DNA of 64,000 bases from the human T2T-CHM13v2.0 reference genome, Homo sapiens, in NCBI RefSeq assembly GCF_009914755.1, contig NC_060926.1. One strand, written 5' to 3'. A model generated the notes under the pieces. That model was given only the letters and a program-made list of their open reading frames with translations. It searched no databases and had not been told where the DNA came from. A program made the position numbers and the translations under genes. Of this stretch, positions 1 through 12,873 are shown one piece after another (positions within the stretch are counted from its first letter, which is position 1; every line of letters begins with the position of its first letter).

Positions 1-523
1 TTTTTATTCAGAGTCTCTTCCTGTATTTCCATAACACAGAGACGCCAAGGAGCAGAACATAAAATAGCTGGACCCAAGCAATCGTGTTGGCCCCTGCAGC
101 TCCATTATTCAAAATTTATTTTCCTTTGCTACTTCCTTTGATCCTCATGACACCCATGCTCATTAGAAAAGGGCAGATTGTTCCTGGCTCTGTCACAGTT
201 GGCCAACTGTGACATAAACAGACAGCATCTTAAACGCACAGTGTCCCACTGTTGGAACAAAGTTAAACCCTCAGCACTTGCCCACTTACCCTACGATGTT
301 TCTAACAGATTTTGCCCTATCACGCTCGTTTCTCTAATGCCACAGACATCACTCTCAAATATCCTCCATGTTGGTGTGAGGGATGTGCTTTCTGAAAATC
401 AATGCACATTTATCAAGAAAAACAAACTCCAATTTCTTTCTTATCTTGTACACCTGCATTGCCCTGTCCTCTTGTACAGTGAGAGACTGTTCAGCTCCTG
501 ATGTGACTCTGTTCTTCCCACAG

Positions 524-690
524 CCTCCTCCACGTTCTCCTGGGGCATTGTGCTGGCCCCACTTTCACTGGCCTTCTTGGTTTTGGGGGGAATATGGATG
601 CACAGACGGTGCAAACACAGAACTGGAAAAGCAGATGGTCTGACTGTGCTATGGCCTCATCATCAAGACTTTCAATCCTATCCCAAGTGA
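524..690 (+). CDS. IL1R2: IL1R2 final coding exon (transmembrane helix, short cytoplasmic tail, stop)
   Basis: Acceptor gttcttcccacag ends at 523. Phase-1 translation (A)SSTFSWGIVLAPLSLAFLVLGGIWMHRRCKHRTGKADGLTVLWPHHQDFQSYPK* (TGA 688-690) matches the C-terminus of human IL-1R type II as I recall it. Not in the ORF track, which only lists ORFs with their own start codon. Confidence 0.97.
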
Positions 691-858
691 AATAAATGGA
701 ATGAAATAATTCAAACACAAACTCCGTACGTCTTCTCTTATGGAAGTGGCTGTGTCTTTTTGAGGGACTCTGTTCTTTGCCTCAGTTGTCTACCAAAGGT
801 GCCACATTTATAGTGGCTTTGTAGTAAAGGACTAAAGTCTTACATTCTGTTTTTTTTT
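691..858 (+). terminator. IL1R2: IL1R2 3'UTR with polyadenylation signals
   Basis: AATAAA at 691-696 directly after the stop. Variant hexamers AGTAAA 823-828 and ACTAAA 831-836, followed by a T-rich downstream element at ~845-858. Confidence 0.8.
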
Positions 859-994
859 TCCCTAAAAATCAGTGACAACAGTAGATGTGCCTGTGAGTGG
901 GTGTGAGTAGCTGTCTGCTACTTGTGACCTATTTAACAGAATGAGGTGCTCTTAGGCCTGCATGAGAGTGGAAAACATCTACATGAGTTTTGAC

Positions 995-1100
995 ATTCAT
1001 TCAACAAAAACATATTATGAGTCTATTTTGACTAGACTCTATGGGAGATGTTGTACATACAGTGATGGTTAAGACATAGTTTGCCTTTCAGGAAGCTGGT
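995..1100 (-). mobile_element. L2 3'-end fragment
   Basis: cattcattcaacaaa tail and degenerate L2 3'UTR sequence. Boundaries approximate. Confidence 0.5.
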
Positions 1101-1419
1101 TGTTCATTTTGAGACTGAAAAGAATAATTTAGTGCTAAAGCAGAAGAATCAGCAAGAATTGGTGAACTTTTTTGGAAAGGGCTATCCAAAAAATAGCAAT
1201 TAAAAATACACACATTGGAATGTATTAGTGAACTGAGAATTAGACCCAACTTCATAACAACATGTCTGAAAATAGAAGGAAGGGCATTAAAAGAATTGTA
1301 GACAAACTGAATAAAATGTACCCAGAGCCTCTTTCATATCATATACCAAAAATAAAATCCAGATAGATAAATGAGTTCAATTAAAAAAAAAAAAACTCCA
1401 ATGGCAGGAAAATCAGCAC

Positions 1420-1700
1420 GGCTGGTGACTCCACCTTTCAGGTCTCTGTTCAAATGTGACCTTCCCAGAGGGAAGGTCCCCAGAGAGGACCTTCCTTCCT
1501 CTCTGTCCCCTCACCCTGCTTTGTACCATTGTAGCTTTTATCACCACCAGACCTTCCAGTATAGATTTGCTTGTTGATTTTCAATTTATGTTTCCCACCC
1601 AAATGGAAGACCCATGAGGTCAGAGAGATTATTTTGGTCCCAGCTGTATTTCCAGTACCTCAAAGCAGGCATTTAATGAATATTTGCAGAATAAATGAAG
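1420..1700 (+). mobile_element. L2 3'-end fragment
   Basis: ttcaggtctctgttcaaatgtgacc...gaatatttgcagaataaatgaa resembles the L2 3' terminus. Confidence 0.65.
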
Positions 1701-1887
1701 ATGGGATGAACTCTCTCTTGTTCATTACCAAAAGACTTGCAAGAGTAAAGGTGAGTAGGCTTAATTACATTATAATTTCTGCACAACAAAATAACAAAAG
1801 CAAGGTTTAGACAAAATTGTGTCAGACAAGTTCAAGGAATGAGTAACTATCATGTGTAGAGTTATTCAAAGTCATAGAAAAGGCATG

Positions 1888-2165
1888 TGTCTTAGTCTTT
1901 TTGGGCTGCTACAACAAAATACCATAACTAGGGTGGCTTGTAAACAACAGAAATTTATTTCTCACAGTTTTGGAGGTTGAGAAGTCCAAGATCAAGGTGC
2001 GAGCAGATTTGGTGTCTGGTGAGGGCCCACTTCCTGGCTAATAGACGGCAGCCCTCCTGACTTAATCACCTCCCAAGGGCCACAACTCCTAATACCATTG
2101 TATTGGAGGTTAGGGTTTCAACATATGAATTTTGGGAGGACACAAACATTCAGTTTATAGTAGCA
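1888..2165 (-). mobile_element. MLT1A-type MaLR solo LTR, internally deleted
   Basis: Reverse complement begins TGCTA(C)TATAAACTGAATGTTTGTGTCC...CAAAATTCATATGTTGAAACCCTAACC, typical of MLT1A. Confidence 0.8.
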
Positions 2166-2859
2166 TCATCACCCTACAGATGAAAAAATGTGAGTAGGGG
2201 ATTGCAGAAGAGACACACATAAAGGAACTCATGGAAAAATGACACTTTCAGTAAGAACCAGGGGATGTAAATTAGAGCAAATTTGAGATACCAGTGCACT
2301 CACACACTATCAAGTGTTTAAAAGTTTTTATGAAACACTCTCACACTTTAATTCAATTTATAATTTGGTGCTGGGAAGAAGAAAGGCAACATGAGCCAAG
2401 TCAGTTGGGTGCTGGACCAGCTTGCATCTTCTTGCAAGAGCCCAGGATGTGCCTCTCTTCTTGGCTCTGTTCAGTGATGTCATGTTGGTAGCTTAAAATC
2501 TGTGGCCATTGTGGAGTCTTTACACCACAGAAATTGGCAGTTGCCACAAATCAGCACTCTCTTCCCCAGTACATAACAACAAGGTTTGAGAGATGCCCAG
2601 TGATACTACTCCTGGGAATTTAGCTTAGGAAATAATTTAATAAAATAAAATCATTAGAGATATAAAATAATTTAATAAAACTTATTACCCCAATGATGAA
2701 AAATTATGCAGCAATTATCAATTATAATGATCAATACTATAATGACCAAATTATCAAAATTGTAAGACTTAAATGTTTACAGTGTTAAGGAAATATTATA
2801 CATTGTTTTGTACAATTTTTATGGTTACAATATTGACATTTGTTTGCATCTAGACAAGG

Positions 2860-3005
2860 AGAAAACTTAAAAACTTGGACTTTGAAGGCAGACTTTGTGA
2901 GTTCAAGTTCAAGCACTGCCACATGGTGCCTCTGTGATCTTGGGCAAATCCTTTAATCTCAAAGTACATCAATTTTCTCATCTGAAAAATGGGGATAATC
3001 ACTTA
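2860..3005 (+). mobile_element. MIR SINE fragment
   Basis: MIR core: gtgatcttgggcaaatcctttaatctc...ttctcatctgaaaaatggggataat. Confidence 0.65.
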
Positions 3006-3139
3006 GTCCAAATTAACTTAGCTATTTAGCTATATTTTATATTTCCATTTTTCCTATTTTTCTATTTCAACTATAAACTGTTTAATAATCAAAAACATAG
3101 GAGGAATAGACAGAAATAAAAATTGTTGTACTTGGACTA

Positions 3140-3346
3140 CGTGTTGACAAACCACAGCCTGTGGGCCAAATGCAGCCTGCCCTCTGTTTCTGTGGATTAA
3201 GAGTATTAGGAAACAGCCTTGCCTGTTTGTTTGCAGACTGTCTTTGGCCACTTTTGCTCTTTGAAGATAGAGTTGAGTAGTTGAGATGGCAAAACCTAGA
3301 ATATTTACTATTTGGTCGTTTACAGGAAAAGTTTGCCAATGCCTGG
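3140..3346 (-). mobile_element. MER58A (hAT-Charlie MITE)
   Basis: caaaccacagcctgtgggccaaat...aatatttactatttggtcgtttacaggaaaagtttgcc matches MER58A ends. Confidence 0.75.
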
Positions 3347-3757
3347 TTTAGGTGAAGGCGGTTTTGAGCAGTTAACTTTTGACCCTCGCTTTTCTATTTT
3401 CCTGTTATCATCTCCTCTTTCCTTCTTCTGTTTTCTAAGCATTCAGGGAGGGAGAAGTACGGAGGGGCCGGCAGAGGCCTTTGAACACCTTATTAGATTT
3501 TAACCGGAAAGGAGAGGAGAGTGAGGTTTGAGAAGGAGGATTCGGTGAGGACGTTGCACAGGGTTCTTTGACTGCTTCTGCCTTTTCTTTATCTTCAGGC
3601 TTGGGGCCACGCGCTTGCATCTCTCTTCCTTCCTCGAACTTCTCCAGTGCTCTCTGGAGTCCCCCGCTTTAGATTCTGGCTGTTTCAGCAATGACCCAGA
3701 AAAGGAGCTGACTGCAGCCGGAGGAGAACCACCATCGGCTTTCAGACTCTGCCTTGA

Positions 3758-4240
<483 letters not shown>

Positions 4241-4254
4241 GAGGCAGACTAAAT

Positions 4255-4435
4255 TTTTTATGGGTGATGTGTGAGATTTGCTTCGAAGTTATCCAGTGGT
4301 GGATGGGAGAATACATGAAATAAGATTGGCCAAATGTTGATAACTGTTGGCCTTGGTGATGACTGCACCCTGCTTCCTTATATCATTCTTTCTACTTTTG
4401 TATATGTTTGAAAACTTCCATAATAAAGAGTAAAA
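4255..4435 (+). mobile_element. Old L1 (L1MC/ME) 3' end
   Basis: tctacttttgtatatgtttgaaaacttccataataaa is a typical L1M 3' terminus. Confidence 0.6.
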
Positions 4436-4720
4436 TACAATCCAGCAAAAACTCAATACCCGCTAGACAAGAGAATGTGTAGCTCTTACAAGTAATAAAA
4501 TGCACTACAGTAAAAAACAACATGGAACAATATGGATGAATCTTAGATATATATTATTGAATGAGTCCCAGAAACATTTCTTAGAATGATGTCCTTTTAC
4601 ATAAAGTGAAAACAACTAAAGTTAATATGCTCTCTCTCGAATATGTGAAAGCATCTTCATATATATTCACACACACGGTTAAAATGTAGTTTTTGTCATA
4701 TATATGCTCTTAAATATAGA

Positions 4721-4741
4721 TGTGTGTGTGTGTGTGTGTGT
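4721..4741. repeat. (TG)10 microsatellite
   Basis: Seen directly. Confidence 0.95.
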
Positions 4742-6894
4742 TTGTTTGGATAGTGATTACATCAGGGTTGGGATGGATTAGGAAAACATAAACTTCATTA
4801 AGTTCTAGATCTCATGTTAGGTAGTAGACTGTGATTGTTTACTTTATTATTAAACAAACAGATTAAAAAAAAACACAAGCTATTCAGGGACCAATATAGA
4901 ATCTGTGTCTTGAACCAAGGATTATGACTAACCTAATTCTGTGTCCCTAAGTCCAATTTGAACACACAAACAGATGGACAAGTGAAACAATGTGGTTTCT
5001 TTTCTTAAAGTGGCCTATCTCCTCTATTTTTTGTTGATTCTATTGTTTTAACTTTCTGAAGGTGAATTTTTTCACCCCCAACCCTACAAAGGCTGGGGAG
5101 AGGGGGTGATAAATAGTTTTTGGAAACCTCACACTTCCATGCACTGCCCACAGGAAAAACCCACGTCTTATGTAATAAATGCCACTTCTGCAAGAACTAA
5201 GGATGAGAGCAGACATCAACAACAGAAGCCAAGAATAATTTATGAGCTAAAAAACAAATGTGATCTCTCAAGTATTTTGAATGCTATGGGAATATATAGG
5301 GACTCTTTCACAGAAAGGGTGGGATGTTTGTTTCTTGTAAGTTCCTCAAGGCAGGAGCCTTCTCGTTCCTTGATGCACCCCAGCACCGGGCACGGTGTCT
5401 TGCTGCGGCACAGGCATTTAAGAAGTGTCTGCAGAATGGATACAGCGTGTGTCACTTGGACTTTTCCAGCCTGTGTGAGCAAATGGGTCTTATCAGTGGG
5501 ACTCAGCTAAGTTTCTCTGCTCCTGTCTCTACACTCAACTCTCATTGGTTTTTTCCATGATGTCCTGCCAATAGTTCACTTGGACACACAAAGGTGCTTT
5601 GTGTTTTGTGGTTGCTTTCCTGTTCTTGCGGTCCTCACCCATTGGCATCTCTGCCCATGCCACCCATCAGGGCTACTCGTTACTGCTACTGGGCTCCAAG
5701 AAGGCATTGCCACCAGTGGAGAAGCCATCCAGACGCCACCTGGGCTGTAGCCTCTGCCAGCTTCCGTGCTGGAGCCAGCTTGTGCACTCCTGAAAGCTCC
5801 TCCTTTCTTGGCTCATGGGTTCAGCCAGTCCTCAAAGCAGGGGTGGTGGGCTAGAAAGCTCCCTCCCACAGGGCTCAGGCACCAGCACATTCTCCTCCTC
5901 CTTGGCATGCCTGCAAAACCCACTTCCTCATTCTTCAGAAAAGCAAAGCAAAACAAAACCTCCTACAAAGGAACTCCCAGAACCCACTGCCCAGTGGTTT
6001 TTCAGAAACTGCCCAGACAGCTACCAGACCCCTGGTGGAGGCCGAGCTTCAGGGGCCAGGAACTACTACTCAGCCAGCTTCCAGGACAAGGGGAGAGAAA
6101 GCTTTAGATAAAAAAGAGTGGGAGAAATAAAGCAAGAATGAAGGAGGAGAAACCAACATCTAAATGTCTACATTGTGCAAGATTTTACATGTTTTGCTCA
6201 ATTGAATCCTCAAAAAAAAAAAAAAAAAATCCACCAGGCAAAGATTATAATTCACATTTTAGAGGTAAGGAAACTGAAGCTCACCTAATTTAAAAATTAC
6301 CTCCTAGAGAGTGTGGTTTAGATGTGCAGCAGCAATGGGCTTCTTAATACCGAATCCCAGGATTCGACAGCTGAGAAACAGCTGGCCCATGCAGGGGCTG
6401 GTTTGAGTCAAGGTTACAGTCAGGAGCAGAGCAAATATTTGCTTTTCTAGGGGAAGACTAGCTACCACAAAGAGTTCATCTCCCGAAACCGGTAGAAGGT
6501 ACATCTGGAATCTGGGGGACCAGGGGGACTGTAATAAGGATTCCTTCACAGGGAAGGAAGAATCAGAAGTAGGAACCGAGTGTCCTCTCCTACAGTATTT
6601 CCCAGCTTTTTGTTCTCTTAGCCTGTGGCCTGTGACCAATCAAGGCGTCACTGTCCTACTGGATGGAGGTGAGGCGTCCAGCGTGCAGTCCTGCCGCTGG
6701 GTCTGAGGCTACTCTCTCAGGAAATAAGAGTGTGAGTCCCTGGATCCTTCTGAGCCCACTGCAGGGACAATGTGGATTTAGCCCCCAGAAAGCACAGAAA
6801 CAGCTAAGAACAGTCTGTGAATTAAATTAGTCTCAAAGCCATACTATACCTCAGGCTGACTGTTCACCTTGTTATATTTCCCACCCCAAATTGC

Positions 6895-7412
6895 TGTTTT
6901 CAAATATAGGCTTTATTATTCAGGTTTGGTGAGGCCAACAGATCAGGAGACAATAGCCATTGAAAATACAGTGGTATCCCCCAGATCCCAGCAGGAGGGG
7001 CACACCACACCATGGCGGTTGGGAGGGTGCCCAGAGAAGCACTAGGGCCGATCAGGAGGCTGAGGGAGTGAGGGGAAGGTGTGGGCGAGAGCTCTTCCGA
7101 TGGTTTCTGTGGGAAGGAGTGGGTGAGGCAGGGTAGGCAGGCTTAGGATTGGCTGGTTTGAATGGTTTCCTTGGGCTCTTGGTGCATGGGCTGTCCCTCA
7201 CTGGGTGTGGATAGTGACCCTGAGGGTGAGAGTTCCATAAAAGAGGTGGTTGGGGTGTGGCTCTGGATTGGTCGATTTGCATTTGAAAAGCATGTTGCAG
7301 AAGTAGGCAAGTTGTTTACTATCTCTAGGAATTGGCTAAACCAGGGAAAGGCCCAGGTATCAAAGCAACAAGGTCCCACGTACCAAAGCATCAGAAACAC
7401 ATGGTTAATACA
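6895..7412 (-). mobile_element. ERVL solo LTR, MER74-like (MER54/73/74 family)
   Basis: Minus strand reads TGTATTAACCATG...AGCCAATTCCTAGAGATAGTAAACAAC...GAAAACA, with TG..CA ends. Octamer ATTTGCAT 7275-7282 next to a CCAAT box. Confidence 0.75.
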
Positions 7413-7414
7413 AC

Positions 7415-7742
7415 TGGGACAGCCAAGTGCAAAGGGGTTGCCGGAAAAACTCCAATAGGCCTGCGCACTGGGGTGGAGACTTGGGAAGTTCAAGCCTTTT
7501 GCGGCGGGGAGGAGCCTGGCTCGTCCTCTTCCTGGGTGGAACCAGGGATTCAATCTGCGAGGCGGGAAGCACACTAGCAGTGCTCTGCCTTTGCGGAGGG
7601 TCCCTGTTTCTCTTTTTTCCCCCCTTTTTGCCCAATAAATTCCACTTGTCTCACCCTTCAAAGTATCTGCAAGCCTAATTTCTCATGGCCATGTGACAAG
7701 AACCTGGCTGTTAGCTGAACTAAGGACAAAGGTCCTACAACA
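7415..7742 (+). mobile_element. MER61A-like ERV1 solo LTR
   Basis: TGGGACAGCCAAGT...GGCCTGCGCACTGGG...CCAATAAA...GCTGAACTAAGG...CCTACAACA. 4-bp TSD caac/caat. Confidence 0.8.
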
Positions 7743-10700
7743 CAATTACATCCTGCCTTGTCTGCTACAGCTCATCAGAAGCTCTGCACAGAAATTAAGT
7801 GGCCAAAAGTAAACAGCCAACAAAATAAATATGCTCCCAATTTTATTTTATTTTATTCTCTCAAGAATACCAAATATCCTTTATGAAGCATGGTAAAACA
7901 ACTGCCATAAAACCTTAGAAGCGTTAGCAGCAAAAGCTTAGTGCCGCATAGAAATGTAGTCTTACATTTGTAGCCTGGGCAATATCTAAAAAGGATGTAC
8001 ACTAAGCCTCAAAAATTTTAAAATTAAAGCCTGAGTTTCTCCACAGCTCCTTCTTGCTCCATCCCAGCAAAGAGGCTGCTCCATCCAGGAGAGGGGACTG
8101 CAGTCAAGGCTGTCTTCCGTCTTCTGCAAGGAAGGGTGTGGCTCCTTAGGGCATTGCATTGGCCTCGCATGTCCCCTTTTAATGTGTCCCAGGCATTTAT
8201 ACAAGATCAGCACAGCCCTGACCCCACCTGCAATGAATTTTAAGACAAGCCATTCTCTGGTCCCTGGAGCAGTTTTTCTGGACAAATGTTGCTCCCAGGA
8301 ATCCATACCCAGCAGTAACAGTGACCACAGCAGCAGTTCGGAGATATCAGGGGAAAGAATGGGGGATGCAGGTGGACCTCAGTCCAGTATCATCAGCATC
8401 CCTCTGCTGATTAGAGCCACAGGGTGGCCCAGTATCCTCGTTCCGCAAGCCCTCCAGGACATTCTTACTCCTGCTGTCAGTGGGAGCACCTCGATTTCTA
8501 TGGTTAGGTCTAGAACCCATGACTTGGGAATGTTAGCTCTCTTTGGCCAATTATTCCAGCAGGAATTAGTGACAGTACCACCTTTGTCACATCTAGGGGA
8601 AATTTCACCGTGCATCTTATCTCAGCATTTGGGACCCTGGGCTTTCTTGAATAATCTTCAGGGGTAGCTCCCCAGTCTCCCAGGCTCCAGTCCTTTTTTG
8701 GAGACTTTCTTCCCCATCTAGCATATTCGGAGCTTCTCACTGTGTTTTTCCCGTAAGCCCATGATGATTTGGCTTCTGTCTTAGTGACAGAGCTTCCCCA
8801 CTCTGTTGTCCTCAAGGCGACAGGGACCATGACCTCCTGGTATGGAACTTTCTAGGCCTCTGCACCTTTTCTGAGAAGAGGGCTCTTCCCCAGCCGCACT
8901 CCAGGTGCAAAATGACCCTCAGCAGATCACTCAAAGTGCTTCCACCCCTGGGTGAGAATGACCTTCTTGCCATGTACTCCTCAGTATGCAATTCTCTTCC
9001 TCGGCTTTTCAATGTTCAAGATGCTGTATGGTGTTTCTGTTGCATAGATATTTTTTGGAAGTGGAGAGGTATGCCTCGAGTGACTGTGTACCAGTTAAGC
9101 GTGGGTCCTCAGCGGCAGACTGGGATCATCTAGAGAGGTGAAACAACAATGCCACTGGTGTCTGGACCCATGCCCAGGGCCTCTGCTGTAAGTGATTGGG
9201 GTCCTGGGGGATTCTAATGAGTGGCATGGGCTGGAACCCCTGGTTTGACTTCTTTTCTTTCTAACACCTGTGGTCTGGTACTCCCGGCCCTTTGCTTTTT
9301 GTACCAGAAATTCATTCATTCACTTACTGCTTTATCCTAGCATACTCCTCTAGATTTTTGTCTCATGTGGGTCTTCCTTGTGGGAGCTTTAAAATCAGTA
9401 AATTTAGACTTGCCAAAACACCCTCTGTTTCTGATTTTAAAGACAAGCAAGGCAAAGTCCCTGTCCAACACCTCCACGTCCATCTAGGAAGTTCAGTACT
9501 TATTCCTGGCGTGTCCGTGTCCCAGTGTTTTCCCCCAGTGGTCTGTTTAACTATCCATGTGTTCCCCTGGATCCCTCAGAGGAATCCAGCCTGATCGATG
9601 CTGTTTGGAAAGCCGAGGTCTACAGGTTTCCCAATGTCAAAGACATGTCAAATGAATGAATGGATGAAATACGTTGGTGCTTGGTATCCGTCGGCGGTGG
9701 GATGTTCTCACAGCTAACAAGGAAGGTCTTCCCTGTAATCTAAGGAGAAGATTTGACTAGTAGCCCAGGAATCATTCCCTCCTGCTCAGTTACCAGTCTT
9801 CTTCCTCTTTAAGATTGCCTGCTGCCAGGCTGTCAATGGCACTCCAGCCTTGAGCTCCTTTATCTCACTGGGAAAAGAACCCTCAAGTTCTCCCCTTTAG
9901 TTTCATCCTTAATGTGTTCCCAATGAAATAGGGGACACTTGGGAGTTTGGTGTGAGCAGAGGGTAACTTTTCCAAGTCATCATGGGCACGGTTCTGTGTT
10001 TTCTGCTCTCTGGATTCAGTTTCCTGTTTAAAAGCCTGAAAGAATATCGCTGTTCGGCACGGAGTACTTGCTGAGCTCTGACTAAATACAAGTCTGTGAT
10101 TAAATTATTTCAGACTCTAATAAAAATATTTTTAGAAGAAAGTCCTTTGGGAATTATGTAGAGTGCTGAGTGCATTTTTCTCGGCAAACACTTGGACCTG
10201 CCTTGTCTTTCTGAGTCAGCTTTTCCTCAGCTTTGTCCATCCTGGGGAAACTCAGGAGACGTATCTTCAAAGTCAAAAGGCTGGGTTGATTTCAGACACC
10301 TCATGGAGATAAAGGATCCCGATAAGACTTCTCATGGTCTGACCAGCGCATTTTGTATATGTATTTCTCCTCTTTCTTCTTCGTTTAACCCTTTAGCTAA
10401 AACTTTTCTGTAACACACTTGAAATGTCAATCTTTCAAGGGAGAAAATTTATGAAGGGGTTACCTTCAGCTTCCCTTTTCTCTGCACCCCCATCCCTGAA
10501 ATACAGACAATCTGGTAGTAGGGTGGGGTGGCTTTGGGAGGGCACGAGTTTCTTGACTTTCTCATGCCAACTGACAATACCTACACCAAAACTTTTAACT
10601 AAATCACAATTTTTCTCCAATAGCCCAGCATTTTCTCAATTTCTTCTAGCTTAAAAGCAGATTTTTTTTAAACTTTTATTTTAAATTCAGGGGTACATGT

Positions 10701-11328
10701 GCAGGTTTGTTACATAGGCAAACTTGTGTCATGGGGGTTTGTTGTAAAGATTATTTCATCACCCAGGTATTAAGCCTAGTACGCATTAGTTATTTTTCCT
10801 GATCCTCATCCTCCTCCCATCCTCCACCCTTTGATAGGCCCCATTGTGTGTTGTTCCCCTCTATGTGTTCATGTGTTCTCATCATTGAGCTCCCACTTAC
10901 AAGTGATAACATGTGGTATTTGGTTTTTTGTTCCTGTGTTAGTTTGCTAAGGATAACGGCCTCCAGCTCCATCCATGTTCCTGCGACGGATATGATCTTG
11001 TTCTTTTTTGTGGTTGCATAATTTTCCATGCTGTAAATGTACCACATTTTTTTCAGTCTGTCATTGATGGGTATTTAGGTTGATTCCATGTCTTTGCTGT
11101 TGTGAATAGTGTTGCAATGAACATAATGGGTGCATGTATCTTTATAACAGAATGATTTATGCTCCTCTGCGAATGTACCCAATAAAGTGGTTGCTGGGTT
11201 GAGTGGTATTTCTGTCTTTAGGTCTTTGAGGAATTGCCATGCAGTCTTCCACAATGGTTGAACTAATTTACACTCCTACCAACTGTGTATAAGTATTCCT
11301 TTTTCTCCACAACCTCGCCAGCATCTGG

Positions 11329-11507
11329 TTTTTTTTTTTTTTTTTGAGACAGAGTCTTGCTCTGTCACCTCTGTCGCCCAGGCTGGAGTGCAGTGGCGAG
11401 TGGCGCATTCTCGGCTCACTGCAAGCTCCGCCTCCTGGGTTCATGCCATTCTCCTGCCTCAGCCTCCTGAGTAGCTGGGACTACAGGCGCCCGCCACCGT
11501 GCTTGGC
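11329..11507 (-). mobile_element. AluY-like right-arm fragment inside L1
   Basis: Poly(T) followed by the right monomer only, with two small internal tandem duplications. Confidence 0.88.
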
Positions 11508-12496
11508 TTTTTAATAATAGCCATTCTGACTCGTGTGAGATGGTATCTCCTTGTGGTTTTGGTTTGCATTTCTCTAATAGTCAGTGATGTTGAGCTTTTT
11601 TCATATGATTGTTGACTGCATGTATATCTTCTTTTGAAAAGTGTCTTTTCATGTCCTTTGTCCACTTTTTATGGGGTTGGTTTTTTCTTGTAAATTTGTT
11701 TAAGTTCCTTATAGATGCTGGATATTAGACCTCTGTCAGATGCATAGTTTTCAAAATTTTTCCCCCATTCTATAGATTGTGTGTTTACTCTGTTGATAGT
11801 TTCTTTTGCTGTGCAGAAGCTCTTTAGTTTAATTAGATTCAATTTGTCAATTTTTGCTTTTGTTGCAATTGCTTTTAGCATCTTTGTCATAAAATGTTTT
11901 CCCATGCCTATATCCTGAATGATATTGCCTAGGTTGTCTTCCAGGGTTTTTGTAGTTTTGGGGTTTACATTTAACTCTTTAAACCATTTTGAGTTAATTT
12001 TTGTATATGGTGTAAGGAAGGGGTCCAGTTTTAATTTGCATATGGCTAGCCATTATTCCATCACCATTTATTGAATAAGGAGTCCTTTCTCCATTGCTTG
12101 TTTTTGTCAGGTTTGTTGAAGATCAAATAGTTGTAGGTGTATGGTCTTATTTCTGGGTGCTCTATTCTATTCAATTGATCTATGTGTCTGTTTTTGTACC
12201 AGTACCATGCGTTTTGGTTGTTGTAGCCCTGTAGTATAGTTCAAAGTTGGGAAGTGTGATGCCTCCAGCTTCGTTCTTTTTGCTTAGGATTGTTTTGGCT
12301 ATTCAGGCTTTTTTTGGATTCCATATGAATTTTAAAATAGTTTTTTCTAGTTCTGTGAATAATGTCAATGGCAGTTTAATAGGCATAGCATTGAATCTAT
12401 AAATTGCATTGGACAGTTTGGCCATTTTAATGATATTGATTCTTCTTATCCATGAGCATAGAATGTTTTTCCATTTGTTTGTGTCATCTCTGATTC

Positions 12497-12873
12497 CTTT
12501 CTTTCTTTCTTTCTCCTTTCTTTCCTTCCTTCCTTCTTTCTTTCTTTCTTAGTTTCTTTCTTTTCTTTCTTTCTTCCTTCCTTTCTTTCTTTCTGACAGA
12601 GTCTCACTCTGTCCCCCATGCTGGAATGCAGTGTTGCAATCTCTGCTCATTGCAACCTCTGCCTCCCGGGGTCAAGTGATTCTTCTGCCTCAGCCTGCTG
12701 AGTAGCTAGGATTACAAGTGCACACCACAATGCCAAGCTAATTTTTATATTTTTGGCAGAGTCAAGATTTCCCCATGTTGACCAGGCTGGTTTCGAACTC
12801 CTGACCTCAATTGATCTATCTGCCTCGGCCTCCCAAAGTGCTGGGTTTACAGGTGTGAGCCACCACACCTGGC
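12497..12873 (-). mobile_element. AluJb/Sz with (CTTT/CCTT)n microsatellite tail
   Basis: Full dimer. TSD catctctgat at 12485 and 12873. Confidence 0.9.

Noticed and set aside
383-643. 86-aa ORF overlapping the IL1R2 exon
   Set aside because: It starts in the intron and reads the exon out of frame. The real frame gives the IL1R2 C-terminus.
7415-7742. p53 response element in the MER61 LTR
   Set aside because: p53 sites are typical of MER61C/E. I see no paired RRRCWWGYYY decamers in this MER61A-like copy.
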